From NCBI GenBank assembly GCA_036172245.1, contig JAYWIR010000006.1, positions 2,108,001 through 2,172,000 of the forward strand: a stretch of DNA of 64,000 bases, read 5' to 3'. Position 1 is the first letter of the stretch, and each line of letters starts with the position of its first letter. The translations under genes were made by a program, and so were the position numbers. This document shows positions 50,261 to 62,062 of the stretch, one piece after another. The notes under the pieces are model-generated. The model worked only from the letters and a program-made list of their open reading frames with translations, was not told the origin of the DNA and did not search any database. Source of the stretch: Raillietiella orientalis (Eukaryota).

Positions 50261-50799
50261 CGCAGCTGCACAGATCTCAGGCATTTTCCGACTCTTGAAG
50301 CTTCAGTCCACATCTGTGGACGCGGATTAGCCCCATCAGTTCTTCAGTTCCTCGGTTTCGGTGCTTCACAGGAATCTTCCAGAGCGGTCTCTCGGAATTC
50401 TTGCTCCAGTGACATGAGATCACTCCTGCTGGCGTTACTCTCGGCGCTCGCAGTGCCACGTGCTCCGGCGTGACATGTCCAGGAGCGGCGAATCCTTCTC
50501 GCGGACGGAGGACGGGCTTCCGGCATCCTCCTCAGCTTCCGGGAGATCAGCAGCCGCGGAAGCATCGACCAGCATCAGGAGCACCACCGCCATCTGCGGA
50601 GGCCGCATCAGCCTCGGCGGGAGCAGGACCAGCAACACGGTCGAAACCGGGACTCTCAGCACGCGGTAGGCCTCCATCGGCACCAGCAACATCTGCACGA
50701 CCAGAGAAGTGAACCTCACAGGCAGCCGTGCCGTCAGCGGGAGCATTAGCATCGGAGGCATCACCACTGCAGGCAGGAGCAGCATATGCGGAAGTGTCA

Positions 50800-52950
50800 G
50801 CAGGGCTGCAGGAGCGGCGACGACAGAAGTGCCTTTCCCCCAAGAAATTCCCTTCCGCCTCCATTCACCTTCAGGAGTGTCTTCCTCAACTTCCTACGTC
50901 TTCTGGAGGGACAGCCTCGGCGCTCGGAAAGCGAAGGTTCTCCGGAAACGGCGTGCTTCCCTCCCTTCGACTCTCCGATGGCTTCCTGAAGAGCGAGGTC
51001 ATTGCATGGGCAATCTCGAACGGACTGCGTGCCGTCTTCGGCCAAGCGTCTCCGACGAGAATCCGCGGGCCCAAAGTGGCCAGCGCAAGCGAGGTCAAGC
51101 GTCCTTCTGCCGCGAAGCGGCGGCTTGTCCGGCGCCCACGGAAGCCTGGAGTCTGCACTGCGGAAGCAGGCAAAGAGTGCCATTGTTCCTTGTGCCATTG
51201 GTCACATAGCGAGAGAACTGACAAGCTCTCGTTCGGGCTGTAAGCAGAACCGTTGCCAGGGAACAGCGATGCTCTTCTCCCGCCTCTCTCTTTTCAAAAC
51301 GGGCAGCGACGAGCCACTGAACAAGGAGACCGGACCAAGCTACCGTGCGTTCTCTTCGGAACTTGCACGTGACAGGAAACAAAGGGGTCCGTCGCCGTCT
51401 CATCGAGGGACTACATCCACTTTTTTGAATACGTTAATGACTCTCTCGATGCTTGCGAGGTCCACCAGACCCCTGTTGGATCTCTGACTAGAAGAAAATC
51501 ATCAGGATGCCAACATATGGAGAGCTCGAAATCACCAGGGTGGCATCCGCTTCCCGCGATCGCCAGTTCCAGCCGTACACCTCGGAAAGTTCACATTCGG
51601 TATCGCATCCGGCAGCAGATCCCAACCGGGCAGAGGCGCATCTGGCTCCTGGACAGCTGGCCGTCATGCCGGACCTTGAAGAAGGTGAACCAAAGATCAG
51701 AATCAGTCAGTATCACGCTGGATCGGCGCAGGAGGCCCGAACCTACTTCCGGTCCTACCCCCGCTTCGACTTAGGAAGGTGTGGAACTACCTCGTCGAGT
51801 AGCACCCAGGTCAGGGGAACGCCAGGACCTTCGTCAGACAACATCGAGCGCCAGATGTCGCTCTCCGCGTGCCGCGCGTCACGACGATCCTCGCGCGCGT
51901 CTCCAGCCCTTCGCCCATACCAGAGACACGCACTTTGCGGACACCGCGGATCGCAATCCTCGGTCGGGAACGCGGAATTCAACCTACATCACCAGGAGGT
52001 GATCTAGGGAAGCTAGACTCCGTCCACTTGGTTCTGGTAGAAGAGTCGGGGGTACTTCTCGAACTGCAGGTAGAAAGCCGTGGACCCGACCACGTGGGCG
52101 CTCCGCAGTCCGGCATAGAAAGGGGAATAAGGAGGCTATCAACCCTCTTTGCCAGACTATCCCTGACGCCGGCTGCGCATCTGAGAGCACAGGCACGGCT
52201 CTTCGGCTCCGATGCTGATGCTCCTCTCGAGAAAGCACGCGATACCTCGAGGTAACCTCTCACTTGTCCTCCGTTGGCGTTCGGAGCTCCTGTGGAGACT
52301 CTGCTCCTGGTCCCTGGGTTCACGGCAGCCAGTAGTGATGGGAGGGTTTGAGATTCCACCGGTGCACGTCGAATGTCCGTTTGGCGCCACCACAGCCTCC
52401 AGTCACATCACCGCTACGTTCAAGGTGGAGGTCGGGGCGTCATCGTGCGAGCGCAACTGGCGCCTTCGAAGGGCAGCCAACAGCTTTGGAGAACGCCAGG
52501 AAGAGGTAGGAGACAGAATCATGGACTTTGTCCACTCATCCTTCTCCCAGAGGAGCGACCTCCATGATAGGTGCTCACGTGGACAACGTTGTGTGACCGT
52601 GTCCAGCGCATCCGGAGCGCGTACCGGGGTCACGATCGGGGTCGCCACTCAGGGAGGACAACTGCCAGCGAGCTTCCCACCAGATGTTCAGGTGGTGGTG
52701 GACACTGTGGACTATCCTTCCGAAAATACGTGTACCAAATTCGGGTACAGCAGGGACTCACGACGGTTCCGAGTAAACACCATGGAGCACGTGTTGGCGG
52801 AGGGCACCGAAGAAGCCTTTGGATGGCGCGAAAGGCGCCGGGCGTCGGGTCATGTCCATGCGGAAGGTCGCATCCGCCGCCCGTTGGGCGATGCCGTCTG
52901 TTGGATAAACCTTTTCAGCGGTTTATACGTAGCAGAAGATCGCAGCTTGC
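50800..52950 (-). mobile_element. Degenerate LINE ORF2 (EN and RT)
   Basis: RSHDDAP, HRWNLKPS, GVPLTW..VVPHLPKSKRG, LVDLASIERV, RCSLATVLL, FRSADS, in RT order. Confidence 0.55.
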
Positions 52951-53199
52951 CTCGTCTTCCGCAGGCCGGTCCGAAGAGCCGGTCCCACTCTCTTCAAGGA
53001 GCGAAGCGCTTCGCCTCGTCCACTAGCTCTCCCCTATCATCCCTCCCTGTCGGTCAAGTACGTTCCTTCGTGGACTTACGGTTGCCAGCGACATCCACGG
53101 AATCCTCTGTGACAGCCGCCGCTTTTTTTTCGTCTTTTCCAGGAGGCACCTCTGCCGTTTTATAAAGATGAGTCTCGCCGGCAAACCAGCAGGGAGGCT

Positions 53200-53850
53200 G
53201 TCCCGCGGACCGGTGTTGGCCTGTTGTTTGGACAGGCGCACCGATGCCCGGGAACCGAAGAACGCCGGAGACGCGCGGACAACTGGAGCTCTGCAGCACA
53301 AGGACAGAAAACGACAGAAGAGGACAGCCGATGGTGGAGTTGCTTGATGATGTCCAGCGCATCCGGACCACGGGCCGGGGTCACGCTCGGGGTCATCATT
53401 TAGGCGGACAATTGCCATCGAACTTCCCACAAGACGTTTCGGTAGTGGTTTGGCTCTCAGCTAGCAATGATCCCGCCTCAGCTTCCGCCGTAGATTAGCA
53501 CACTGCCCTCGAGATGATTACAATTCAGGCCGTGGTGGAAACCGTGGATGATTTTTCCGACAATGCGGTCACGTGTGCCAAATCGGAATGGAACGGTTCG
53601 TGTGCGGAGGGAAGTCACGGGTTCGAAGCTGGCTTTGCTCCCGGTGCCACACCCGATAAATGGCCTCTTCGGCCGAGCTCCTCCCATGAGCGCGCAGTCG
53701 CACCTTCCATCAAAGCTGCTGGAGAGTCCTTCTCCTGTCTTCGGTTGCTTTCCCCGCGGAAGATGCGGCTGCAAGAGCCCGTCCGACCGCATACAACCGC
53801 AAACAAATGCTCCATCCCCGCTCGTACGGATACATGTATCTCTCTCGGAG
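53200..53850 (-). mobile_element. Second EN fragment, homologous to 52600-52720
   Basis: Direct repeat 53351-53560 vs 52600-52722; VLIYGG (N.YAP position). Confidence 0.45.
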
Positions 53851-53879
53851 TAAGCGTAGATGACCGGCAAATGAATGTC

Positions 53880-54700
53880 CTCTTGGGATCATGACCGACG
53901 ACGCAAGCTGGACACAGCTGCGGCAGCGCGTAGGGAGAGAGCTTAAGCAGCAAGAAAGGCTCACTCTTCCGCAGGAGTTCGGGGCGAGTCGATCGTCGCG
54001 GGATGGATTGCGTTGGGTCTTCGGCAAGCTGAGAGGGCTGGGAGATGCTGTGGAGAGCGGTTGTTGGGCATGGAGCACACAAAGCTTCAGGCCTCACGCT
54101 CTCGGATTTCCTTTCTTACGTCTCTCTCTGTGCCAACGGGAACTTTGACAACTCTTTTCACGAGCGCTGGGATGCGGTCTCGCCGAAATTCGGATTCCTG
54201 GAGAATTACGAGGTGTCTGGGAACCTTGGAGCGAGAGGCGCCGTCGACGTCCAGGAGAAGAAGGGAATCACTTGCCTCCTTTTGGGTCGCCTTGCGCGCT
54301 GCGCAAACAAAAGGTTCGCGAGCTACGAAACCCTTGGAACCAGAGGACACGATCCAGAAGGGAAAAGAGATACAGAGAGGCAGCCGAAAGAAACCCGCAG
54401 ATCCCTCAGCTTCCCTCTGGGCTCCTTGTATCGGTTCGTGCTTCAAACACTTTTGGTTCCTCGGGCAATGCCCCCTTGAGAAGACCAAACCAGAAAGGGA
54501 GTGAAAGAGGAGAAACAGCAAGGAGGATAAACTCCGTGTTCCCCTTTGGAAAATGAAGTACCCCTTGGACAGTTCCGCCTTCCCGTGGGTCTTCGCAAAG
54601 ATGGCGGACCATTCCTGATCGGGATGAGGGGCAATTGAAGGAAACCGGCGGTGACCACCATGTACCAGTGGGTCGCAGGAGAAAGGCGAGCGAAATAACC
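53880..54700 (-). mobile_element. Degenerate LINE RT domain
   Basis: LPLIPIRNG; LLLLDVDGASRSKVP..LQ..F; RNPSRDDRLAP (RQGDPLAP); VVGHD. Confidence 0.6.
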
Positions 54701-55149
54701 AGCGTAGGGTTCCCGAATCTTTCCCTCAGGACAGCTCACACTCGTCGAGGCAGAAGAAAAACAAAGAGTGGTACTTCCGGTGAAGAGAATAATTGGATAG
54801 ACCCATCTTTTGACCTGGACTCATCCTCCCATTTCAAACGGGGGAGAGGTTCGACTTGCTCTGGCGCTGGAGCTTGGACCGTCTTCTTCAGGCGCGTCAC
54901 TAGTGGGTTGATTTTGGTGAGCACAGCTGGCACTGTGAAATGAACAATGAGCTGGATGCGTTCCTCAACAGACCTCATCGGAGATGGGGTTTCCATGGAC
55001 AGCAGGACTGTAGCAACCACACAAGCAGCAACCATTGAGGGGATTCTTTTTATTAACGTACCATAAGCAGCACAAAGAAAGTTCCTGGGAATGGTACACA
55101 GAATGCGAGGGGTGATCAATTCACACACATTTTGGAGGCACATGTGGCT

Positions 55150-55960
55150 CGTGTAAGGACCCACCCACCGAAGCAACTGGCCCTAGAGGTGAGTGGCTCT
55201 CGAGCGTCGAAAGGAGACACATCCGACCGCTGGAGCAGGGCGTTCCGTCCTCGTAGACCGCACGAGTGGGAAGGTGGCAACACTGCTCGAAGACGGGTTC
55301 ACTACGTGACCCCGCCCGCAGTTGCTGGCAGCGCACGTCTTGTCGGGGGTAGGGAACACTCTGGTGAGGTCCCTGAGGCCTGACATCGAGGACAGGTTTA
55401 CGCGAACAGCCTCCTGGCAGGTCCAGTCGACCTTCAGATATGACGCTGTCTTTTTGCGCGCTCTGTCGGCCACAACCACGCGACCTGCTCTGTCGGAGAT
55501 CCGGCGCCTTGAGAGCGAAATCGCCCTTCAGGCAGAAATGAGGGAGGCTCTTCAAGGAGCTGCCCATCCCAGCGGCTGGCGTTTCTCTGGGAGCTTCCGA
55601 CTCCTTGATTCGAGAAGATTTCTGCTGCCATCGTACCGTGGTTCGCATATTGGATCCCATCAAAGACCTTCGTCCTTGCTACAAGCCACACCAGGACCGT
55701 AGCGAGCAATGCAAGAGGGAATTCGCCGGGAAGTGCGTGGAGACCCCTTCCCTCCCCCCGTCGAAGCAACCGGCTCTGGAGATGGGCGGCGCTGGAGCGT
55801 CGAGAGGCGGCACACTCGACCGCCTTGGCAGTCTTCCCTGCCTTCCGGCCTCCCGTCACCGGAAGACAGCAGGCTGCTCGGGCTGGCGGGGAGCAGCAGG
55901 AGGAGTGCGTCGCAGGCGAAGATCTTGCCGGAGGTAGCGACCACTCGGGTAAGATCCTGG
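55150..55960 (+). mobile_element. LINE ORF1 relic with a CCHC zinc knuckle
   Basis: ~55430-55490 reads TFRYDAV / FCALC / GHNHATC across frameshifts (F.YE.L..FC..C..GH....C type). Repeated at 57110-57270. Confidence 0.55.
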
Positions 55961-57059
55961 AGACCTCCGAACGCAGCTCCGTTTTGGCATCTCTGCTGGT
56001 TGCCGGGGTTTCTTCATGCACTGCACGTGTCGCACCTCTTTGAGACGCGTACGTGTCGTCCTCAAGGAAGTTGGGATTCCTCGAAGAAAAAAGGAAAAAG
56101 GAAGAAAAAAATGGCAGGAATCGGCGGCACCGGACGCCTTCTGAATGTGAAATCACCTCCGGGTGGCATCCTTGCACCACCGCATCTGATCCTTCGGAAT
56201 CCACATCCGCCTGATTGTCGAAGGGATCGTTTCACGCCGGCGAAACGAACGTCGGGAGAGCTGCGGCGGTCCTCTCCCGGAGCGTGACTCAGTCTCCCAT
56301 GCTCCGTTTGTTTGCTTCCGATCCTGTGCTCCCATCTATCAAAATGCTCAAGTCGTTCCTTAATCTCCGTTCTGATAGTCGGGGTTTGAGGATCTTCCGT
56401 TTAATCCCGTGGGGAATTCCCAACTTCATTTGCGCAATCAAAAACCATTTAGGACTCCGTTCGGTCCCTTTTTTGTCCCTTTTTATTTTATTTTTTTATT
56501 GTTTTTCCGGAGCTGCCTTCCCTTTTAGTAAACTTTTTTGTTTACCTTCAAAGTATGCAACCCGGCCGGGTGCCCTCATTCGCAAAAAGCGATGCGCCTC
56601 CTGCTGCTGCACCGGCGAGTTCGGACGCCAAAACGCAAAGACGTCTATGATGAGAGGAACCGCTTCTTCCCAAATCCGGGATGAAAAATTGCGGTGAGGG
56701 AAAAGAGCGGAGTGGGATTCCTCCTCCGGTCCCTTCGACCCACAGCCACAAGAGAGCACAACCAGTGGTGGGCTTTCTTGAATGCCTCGGGCGAGGCGAG
56801 CGGAGCGCCATGGGTTTCTGCGAGTGGGACGAGGAGGAAGACCGATCGCTCGAGAAAGAGCGAGCGGACGGCGCCGTCGCCGGGCACGCACGCGAGAGCA
56901 CGCGAGAGGGGCGTGCGCGGGCACTTGGTAGCTGCGCAGGTCAGCTGAACGTGCCTCAAACCTGGAGCGTAGCTCTCACGTTTGAGGAACAACGGAGGCG
57001 GACGGCAACAACTGCTGGACCGTCCAGGGCGGGTACGCGACATGCTCAAAAATAGGATA

Positions 57060-59018
57060 CGTGCTGGGGAGGTGCCGACGAATAGGCACCTCTGTGAAGC
57101 TACAAGACTCAAGGGACAGCGAACACTCCTGTGAGGTCCTGAGGCTCGATATCGAGGACGGGTCCACGCGAACAGACTTCGAACAGGTCCAGCCGACCTT
57201 CAGATCAGACGCTGCCTTCCCGTGCGACCTGCTCTGCTGGAGGTATGGCTCCTTGAGAGTGAAATCAACTGCATGGCAGCAATGGGGAGGGGAGGGAAAG
57301 TGGCCTATCCAAGGGGACAACAACTTCACAGTAGGGCCTTCCGCATAATTTCAAGGCAGAGCATCAGTGTTTGCCTTTCTCCGCAAAAAAAGGGTATGGA
57401 GGGGTGAAAATCGTCTGAAGCGGTCAAGCAGCACCGTCTGCCTGCCACGCTGTGACTTAGTGGCAGGTTTCTTATTCCTGGAGAGCGTCCTCTCGAAACT
57501 CCAGATCGTGACTCCGACTCATGCTTGGACAGTGCCTTTCTTTTCTACGTGGGAGACTGCCGTTCCCCGGCAAAAGTGCAGACTTACGCGCCTCCCCACC
57601 TATTCGAGCAGGTTGAGTCTTTTGACTCTCCATGTGTCTCGCACAAACAATGGCAGTGCGGGCGGAACCCCAACCAAGTACATCATGCTCCCTCCTTGTC
57701 CACAGCGCGTAGAATGAGCGGTGTTGATCTTGAGACGACCGAATTGTCACGTAGCTGACCTCTCGGGAGCGTTATAGAATATAACTCCCTTGCGAAAGGT
57801 CGGTTTGATGGGAGACAGCGTAGGTCACTCGGGACGTGGACTATTCGGCGGATTCGGTGGTCCCCTGTACTCTGCGTCGCACCGAGACCACAGAAACAGG
57901 GAAGGTGGTGAGCATCCACGTTGGATACGGAAGCATGTGTTTCCCTCTGGAGAAGGCTGCGCGCCTTGCGACACCGAGGAAGGTGCAGCCATGAGGTTGG
58001 CGGCACCACGAATCATCTCTCAGCAAGCGTTTCGAGACAACGGGACCCGCAAGGCGTCCGCTTTGGTGGCCAAGGATTGGTCTACGGGTCACTTGAAGCA
58101 GGCTGCTCGGTGAGTGGATTAATGCGAGGAATACGACGGAGGAATGGACGGAAGTTGGTTTCCCCAAGTCTCTCCCAGCATCTCCTGGAACCCTGCTGGC
58201 GTCAGCAAGGAAGTTGTGCCTGACCAGCTTCATCGCCGCTTCTGACCCGGTCACTTTGGAACGTCCATGTGATCGTGTCAGAAGCGGCTTCATTCGAGTC
58301 AAAAAGACTTACGTGCTCAGGCGAACGCGGACCGCCATCGTGAAGGCGGAAAACTTTAAAGGGAAAGACGAACGGGACCGACAGGCAGTATGTCACGTGT
58401 TCCTAAACGGCACACCAGTGATCATGGTCACGGAACGCAAGGAAACCGCACCGCAGGAGTCTACCGCGCGTACACGTGCTCCTTCCTGGTTCGATACCGA
58501 GCACAAAACGTGCCACGAGGCTCGCATGGTAGCACCCCTTGAAGAGCTGTCTGCCCTGAGGACAAACGATGACAGTAGCCAGCCAGCGGGGCGGGAGCTG
58601 TCCTGCCGCTTGCCAGTCCTCGATGGCTGTAAGTACGAGCGAGTTGATGGACGCCACAGTGCTACTGTTCCCTGACAAAGGGACTCCTCCAGTGGAGTGA
58701 CCTACTTGATGTGCTCCCCGAAGAACTCACGGTCCCTCCCCTGTGCTTAGACACGATGGTGTCACCTCTGCAGCGGTGGAAACCACGGGATGTCCTGCTG
58801 TCTCTGCACTGGGGATTCCACTGCAACCAACGCAGGCGCCGGATTTTCGGGGAAGTCGCTTCTCCAAACTGTCCTCCGAACTGTGCTGCATTGGACCACA
58901 GCACCCTGGAGGACATGTGATGGAGACTCGCTCTGCCGGTCCGCCACCTGGAAGGCACCGCTTCGGACTTGCTGCGGCGCTTCTTTACACAAGGCCGGCT
59001 GACGGCAGGCTCCGTGAT
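57060..59018 (+). mobile_element. Degenerate LINE (ORF1 relic, RT end, zf); continues at 59938-60360
   Basis: FLFYVGDC (YADD), GRNPN; EELTVPP..RWKPRDVLLSLHWGFHCNQRRR (ORF 58711..58920). Confidence 0.6.
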
Positions 59019-59937
59019 TCCACACCCTGGTGCGCCGGGGCGTTTATTTCTCTTAGAGGGATCGATGGAGCTTACCGATTCCAATTATTACACTAAAACC
59101 GGCGAGGTCCATCACGTCCACGAAGGGGAAGGGAAATAAAACATAACTAGAAAAAAAAGAAACCAACTATAACAAACAATAAGAACTAACAAAAAAAAAA
59201 ATTGTTGGAGGGAAGACAAGGGATTATATTTCGTGGTGGGTGAGGCCTCTGCATCCGTTGAAGGATGCCAGCGAGCTCCTCCTCCTCCCTTTCAAGGTAG
59301 GACCACCTCAAAGCTATATGCAGGAAGCGGATGGCGTGCAGGACAGCCCCCTCCCCCGTCTCTCCGACCTCCTTCGGCGTCGCCCTTCTCCGCGACGACA
59401 CCGCGCATGCAGCACAGCGCTGCGATTGCGGCTGCGGGCGTCATGGCATGAAGAGGGGCCTCAAAGTCTCTGGGATCGCCCACGGGGTGCGGAAGGGACG
59501 CAGAGAAACGCTCTCACAAGTCCTGGAGGGCACTCCTCGACGCACTGCACTATGAGGTAGGGGAAGGTCTCCTTCTCTCCACACCTGGCACAGTTCGCCG
59601 ATGCTCTTCCCACCGTCCAGTGGTGCCGGTGCGCATTGCACAAGAGACCCCAGTGCAGTATTAGCAGCGCCGATTGCTTCCACTTGAGTGGAAGCAGCCT
59701 TCTGTCTATAAACACGGGGGGCACTCCCAACTCTTCGGGCCGCATGGAGGGGAGTTCGCCCCAACGTTCCAGTCCTTTGGAGACGGTTCTTGCTGTTGCC
59801 GCGTCAGCCAACTGTCTCATAATCCAGCCACCAATAGGCTTCCCTCGGGCCAAGAGCTCGCAGGAAACCTCCCTCTTCACCTGTAGGCAGGTTCCATGTA
59901 CCCTGACAGCGAAGGACACCGCTGCGACGAAGGGGGT
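59019..59937 (-). mobile_element. 5'-truncated LINE (919 bp) inserted antisense into a related copy, 15-bp TSD
   Basis: GGCAGGCTCCGTGAT at 59004-59018 and GGCAGACTCCGTGAT at 59938-59952. Encodes PLKWKQSALLILHWGLLCNAHRHHW..CARCGEKETFPYLIVQC; terminal unit at 59025-59048. Confidence 0.85.
59025..59048 (-). other. LINE 3'-terminal unit
   Basis: AATAAA CGC CCCGG CGCAC CAGGG. Confidence 0.8.
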
Positions 59938-60360
59938 GGCAGACTCCGTGATCACAGAGAGATGCTGCGTACGCGTCATAGGGACAGTCAGCTCCATGAT
60001 GGAGTCTCGTTCGCAGCGAAGGGAGACCACCCGAATAGCAGCAGCCTGGACGAGGATGGCAACGAGGTGGTGCCTCACCTGCAAGAAGTCTCCAGAGAGA
60101 TCGCCAGCATTCAGCGCAAGTTCTAGGAAGAAAGGAGTAGCTGGAACCAAAAACCCTTGTCCCTACCCTCCCGTCTTTTTGTTTACTGTCCTTTCATTCC
60201 TCTCCTGACTCCCTTAGAAGCCGGCCTGGAGCAGGTGGTCATCCTCAATGAACTTCTTTTTTGGTGTTGCTGTTGTACTTTTGTATTCAGGGGACACCGT
60301 TTCCTCTGACCTGTAATTTATTCATTTTTAAGTAGATGTACCGGCGTGACCGGGTCCAAA
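59938..60360 (+). mobile_element. Remaining ORF2 C-terminus and 3' UTR of the interrupted host LINE
   Basis: Frame resumes (AGSVI|TERCC...AAWTRMATRW); motif A at 60221, terminal unit at 60331-60354. Confidence 0.7.
60331..60354 (+). other. LINE 3'-terminal unit
   Basis: AGTAGA TGT ACCGG CGTGA CCGGG. Confidence 0.75.
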
Positions 60361-60999
60361 CGAGGCGACTACTGGCCTTGCTCCAACATCACAGTGTCCC
60401 TGTGCCTTGACTGGCCAATGGCTCCACGTTACCCTCGAAGCAGCGGTGTCGGCAGAGAGTTTGCCGCCGCACCGCCCCCCACCCCTGAAGGCTCGACAAT
60501 CTCTCGGATTCCAGGGAGACGTTCCTTTGTGGCCGTCGAGGGAACGCGGACGCGCCAGTAAACACGGGATTGATTTGATGTAGGAGGCGAGGACGAATGA
60601 ATCTCGAAATTGCTTTGGCACGCGATACCTGGCTGGAGGCGCTGCTCTTCGATAAATAATTGAAGGCACATTAGAAACCAGGCGTTTATTACATGCGAAA
60701 CTGGCAATTCCGACAAGGCGAACGTTCCTCAACGTCCCCGGATTGCACCACGCGCACTCCCGGTTGCATTAAACGAGCTCCTGATAAAAGCCGCGCCACG
60801 CCGGAGCGTCGATATTGCAGGTTACCGACCGAACGGGAAGGGGAAGAGGAGGAGGAGGAGGAAGGAAGGAAGACAGGAAGAGAGGAGGAGGAAGGAAGGG
60901 AGGAGGAAGAGAAGGAGACGGTAAGAGCGCATTTCAGTTGTGCGCGGGAAGTCATGCAGCAAATCAATTGGCGGAAGCTGTGAAAGTGTGGTGCTCAAC

Positions 61000-62062
61000 A
61001 ACTAGTCGAGGAGACGCGCCTTCAGCCTTGCCTTACCGATGCCCTCCGCAGCATTGGATGCAGCTCGTTCTGGGCGCTTTGCTCCGGCGTCAGATGATCT
61101 CAAGCTAGGGGAACGGCGCTGCTGAAGAGGGCAAAATGTGTCCTTCATGATGACGGTCGGGGAAGATCGAACACGAAGGGCTTGTCGGTCCGACGACGAT
61201 GCCAATCACGGCGGTGCGATCGCAGCTAGGGGGAGTGAGGGGCAAATGATGAAGTTCTCTAGGAGTTGGGCCCCTCCCGAGATGTGATGGGATGTGGGAC
61301 ACTTTTGGTAGCTCCATCAGCGAGGCCCGCGCATGGGAGGAAGTGTGCTCTGCTGCCGGTGTCTGTCCGCTGCAGGATGCCAGCAGACGAGCTCTTTGCC
61401 TGTAGGCAGAGATGACCTCGCGCACTTGGCTCTCTCTCGAACGCGCAAGCTAAAAGAGCGCACACCCCGAAATCGCTCTGACGGGCAGCATGAAGAGCGA
61501 TCCCCGCACCCCGCTCGCCTTCCTTCGATTCCCTGTCTGAGCAGGAACGCCTGGTGAAGCCAAAGACAAATGCTGAGGTTCCTCCATGAGCACTTAGGCC
61601 AGGCTGGGATCTCCTAAGCCGGATGGCATGTCGGCGAGAAGGTGCAGTGAGGAAAAGATCAAGGACAAAGAGCTTCCGGGAATTCGAAGAGTCTGCGTGC
61701 GCTCGTGTAGCGGCGACCCTGGAGCACAGAGCACGCCCGAGATCTTCGAATCGCCCGCCTTCTCTGAAACAAAGCAGGAAGATCGGACTCAATCTCGAAA
61801 TGGGTCGTCTACGAAGAGGAAGGGGGATCGCTCCGGGAGCGACTGGCTGCAAAGGCGTCTGCTCTGGTGGTCGAGGAGAGGAACAGACTCCTCTTTACGT
61901 CGATCCGCTGGTACTCGCAGCAGATTGCTCTGCAAATGGATGGTTACGAGGACTGCGAGGGAGGAATGGAAGAGAGTGGATCTCCCCCAAGTCTCTCCCA
62001 GCATCTCCTGGAACCCTGCTGGCGTCAGCAGCGAAGCCGCGTCTTCCCAGCTTCGTTGCCAC
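61000..62062 (+). mobile_element. Degenerate LINE RT and post-RT fragment
   Basis: GGVRGK**SSL (GVRQG), VGRDDLA (ADD), LVKPKT; 61935-62035 is homologous to 58110-58212. Confidence 0.55.

Noticed and set aside
52212..53165. Longest ORF (317 aa, +) as a protein-coding gene
   Set aside because: No recognisable domain; it is antisense to EN motifs and overlaps a duplicated LINE segment. The same applies to most ORFs in the track.
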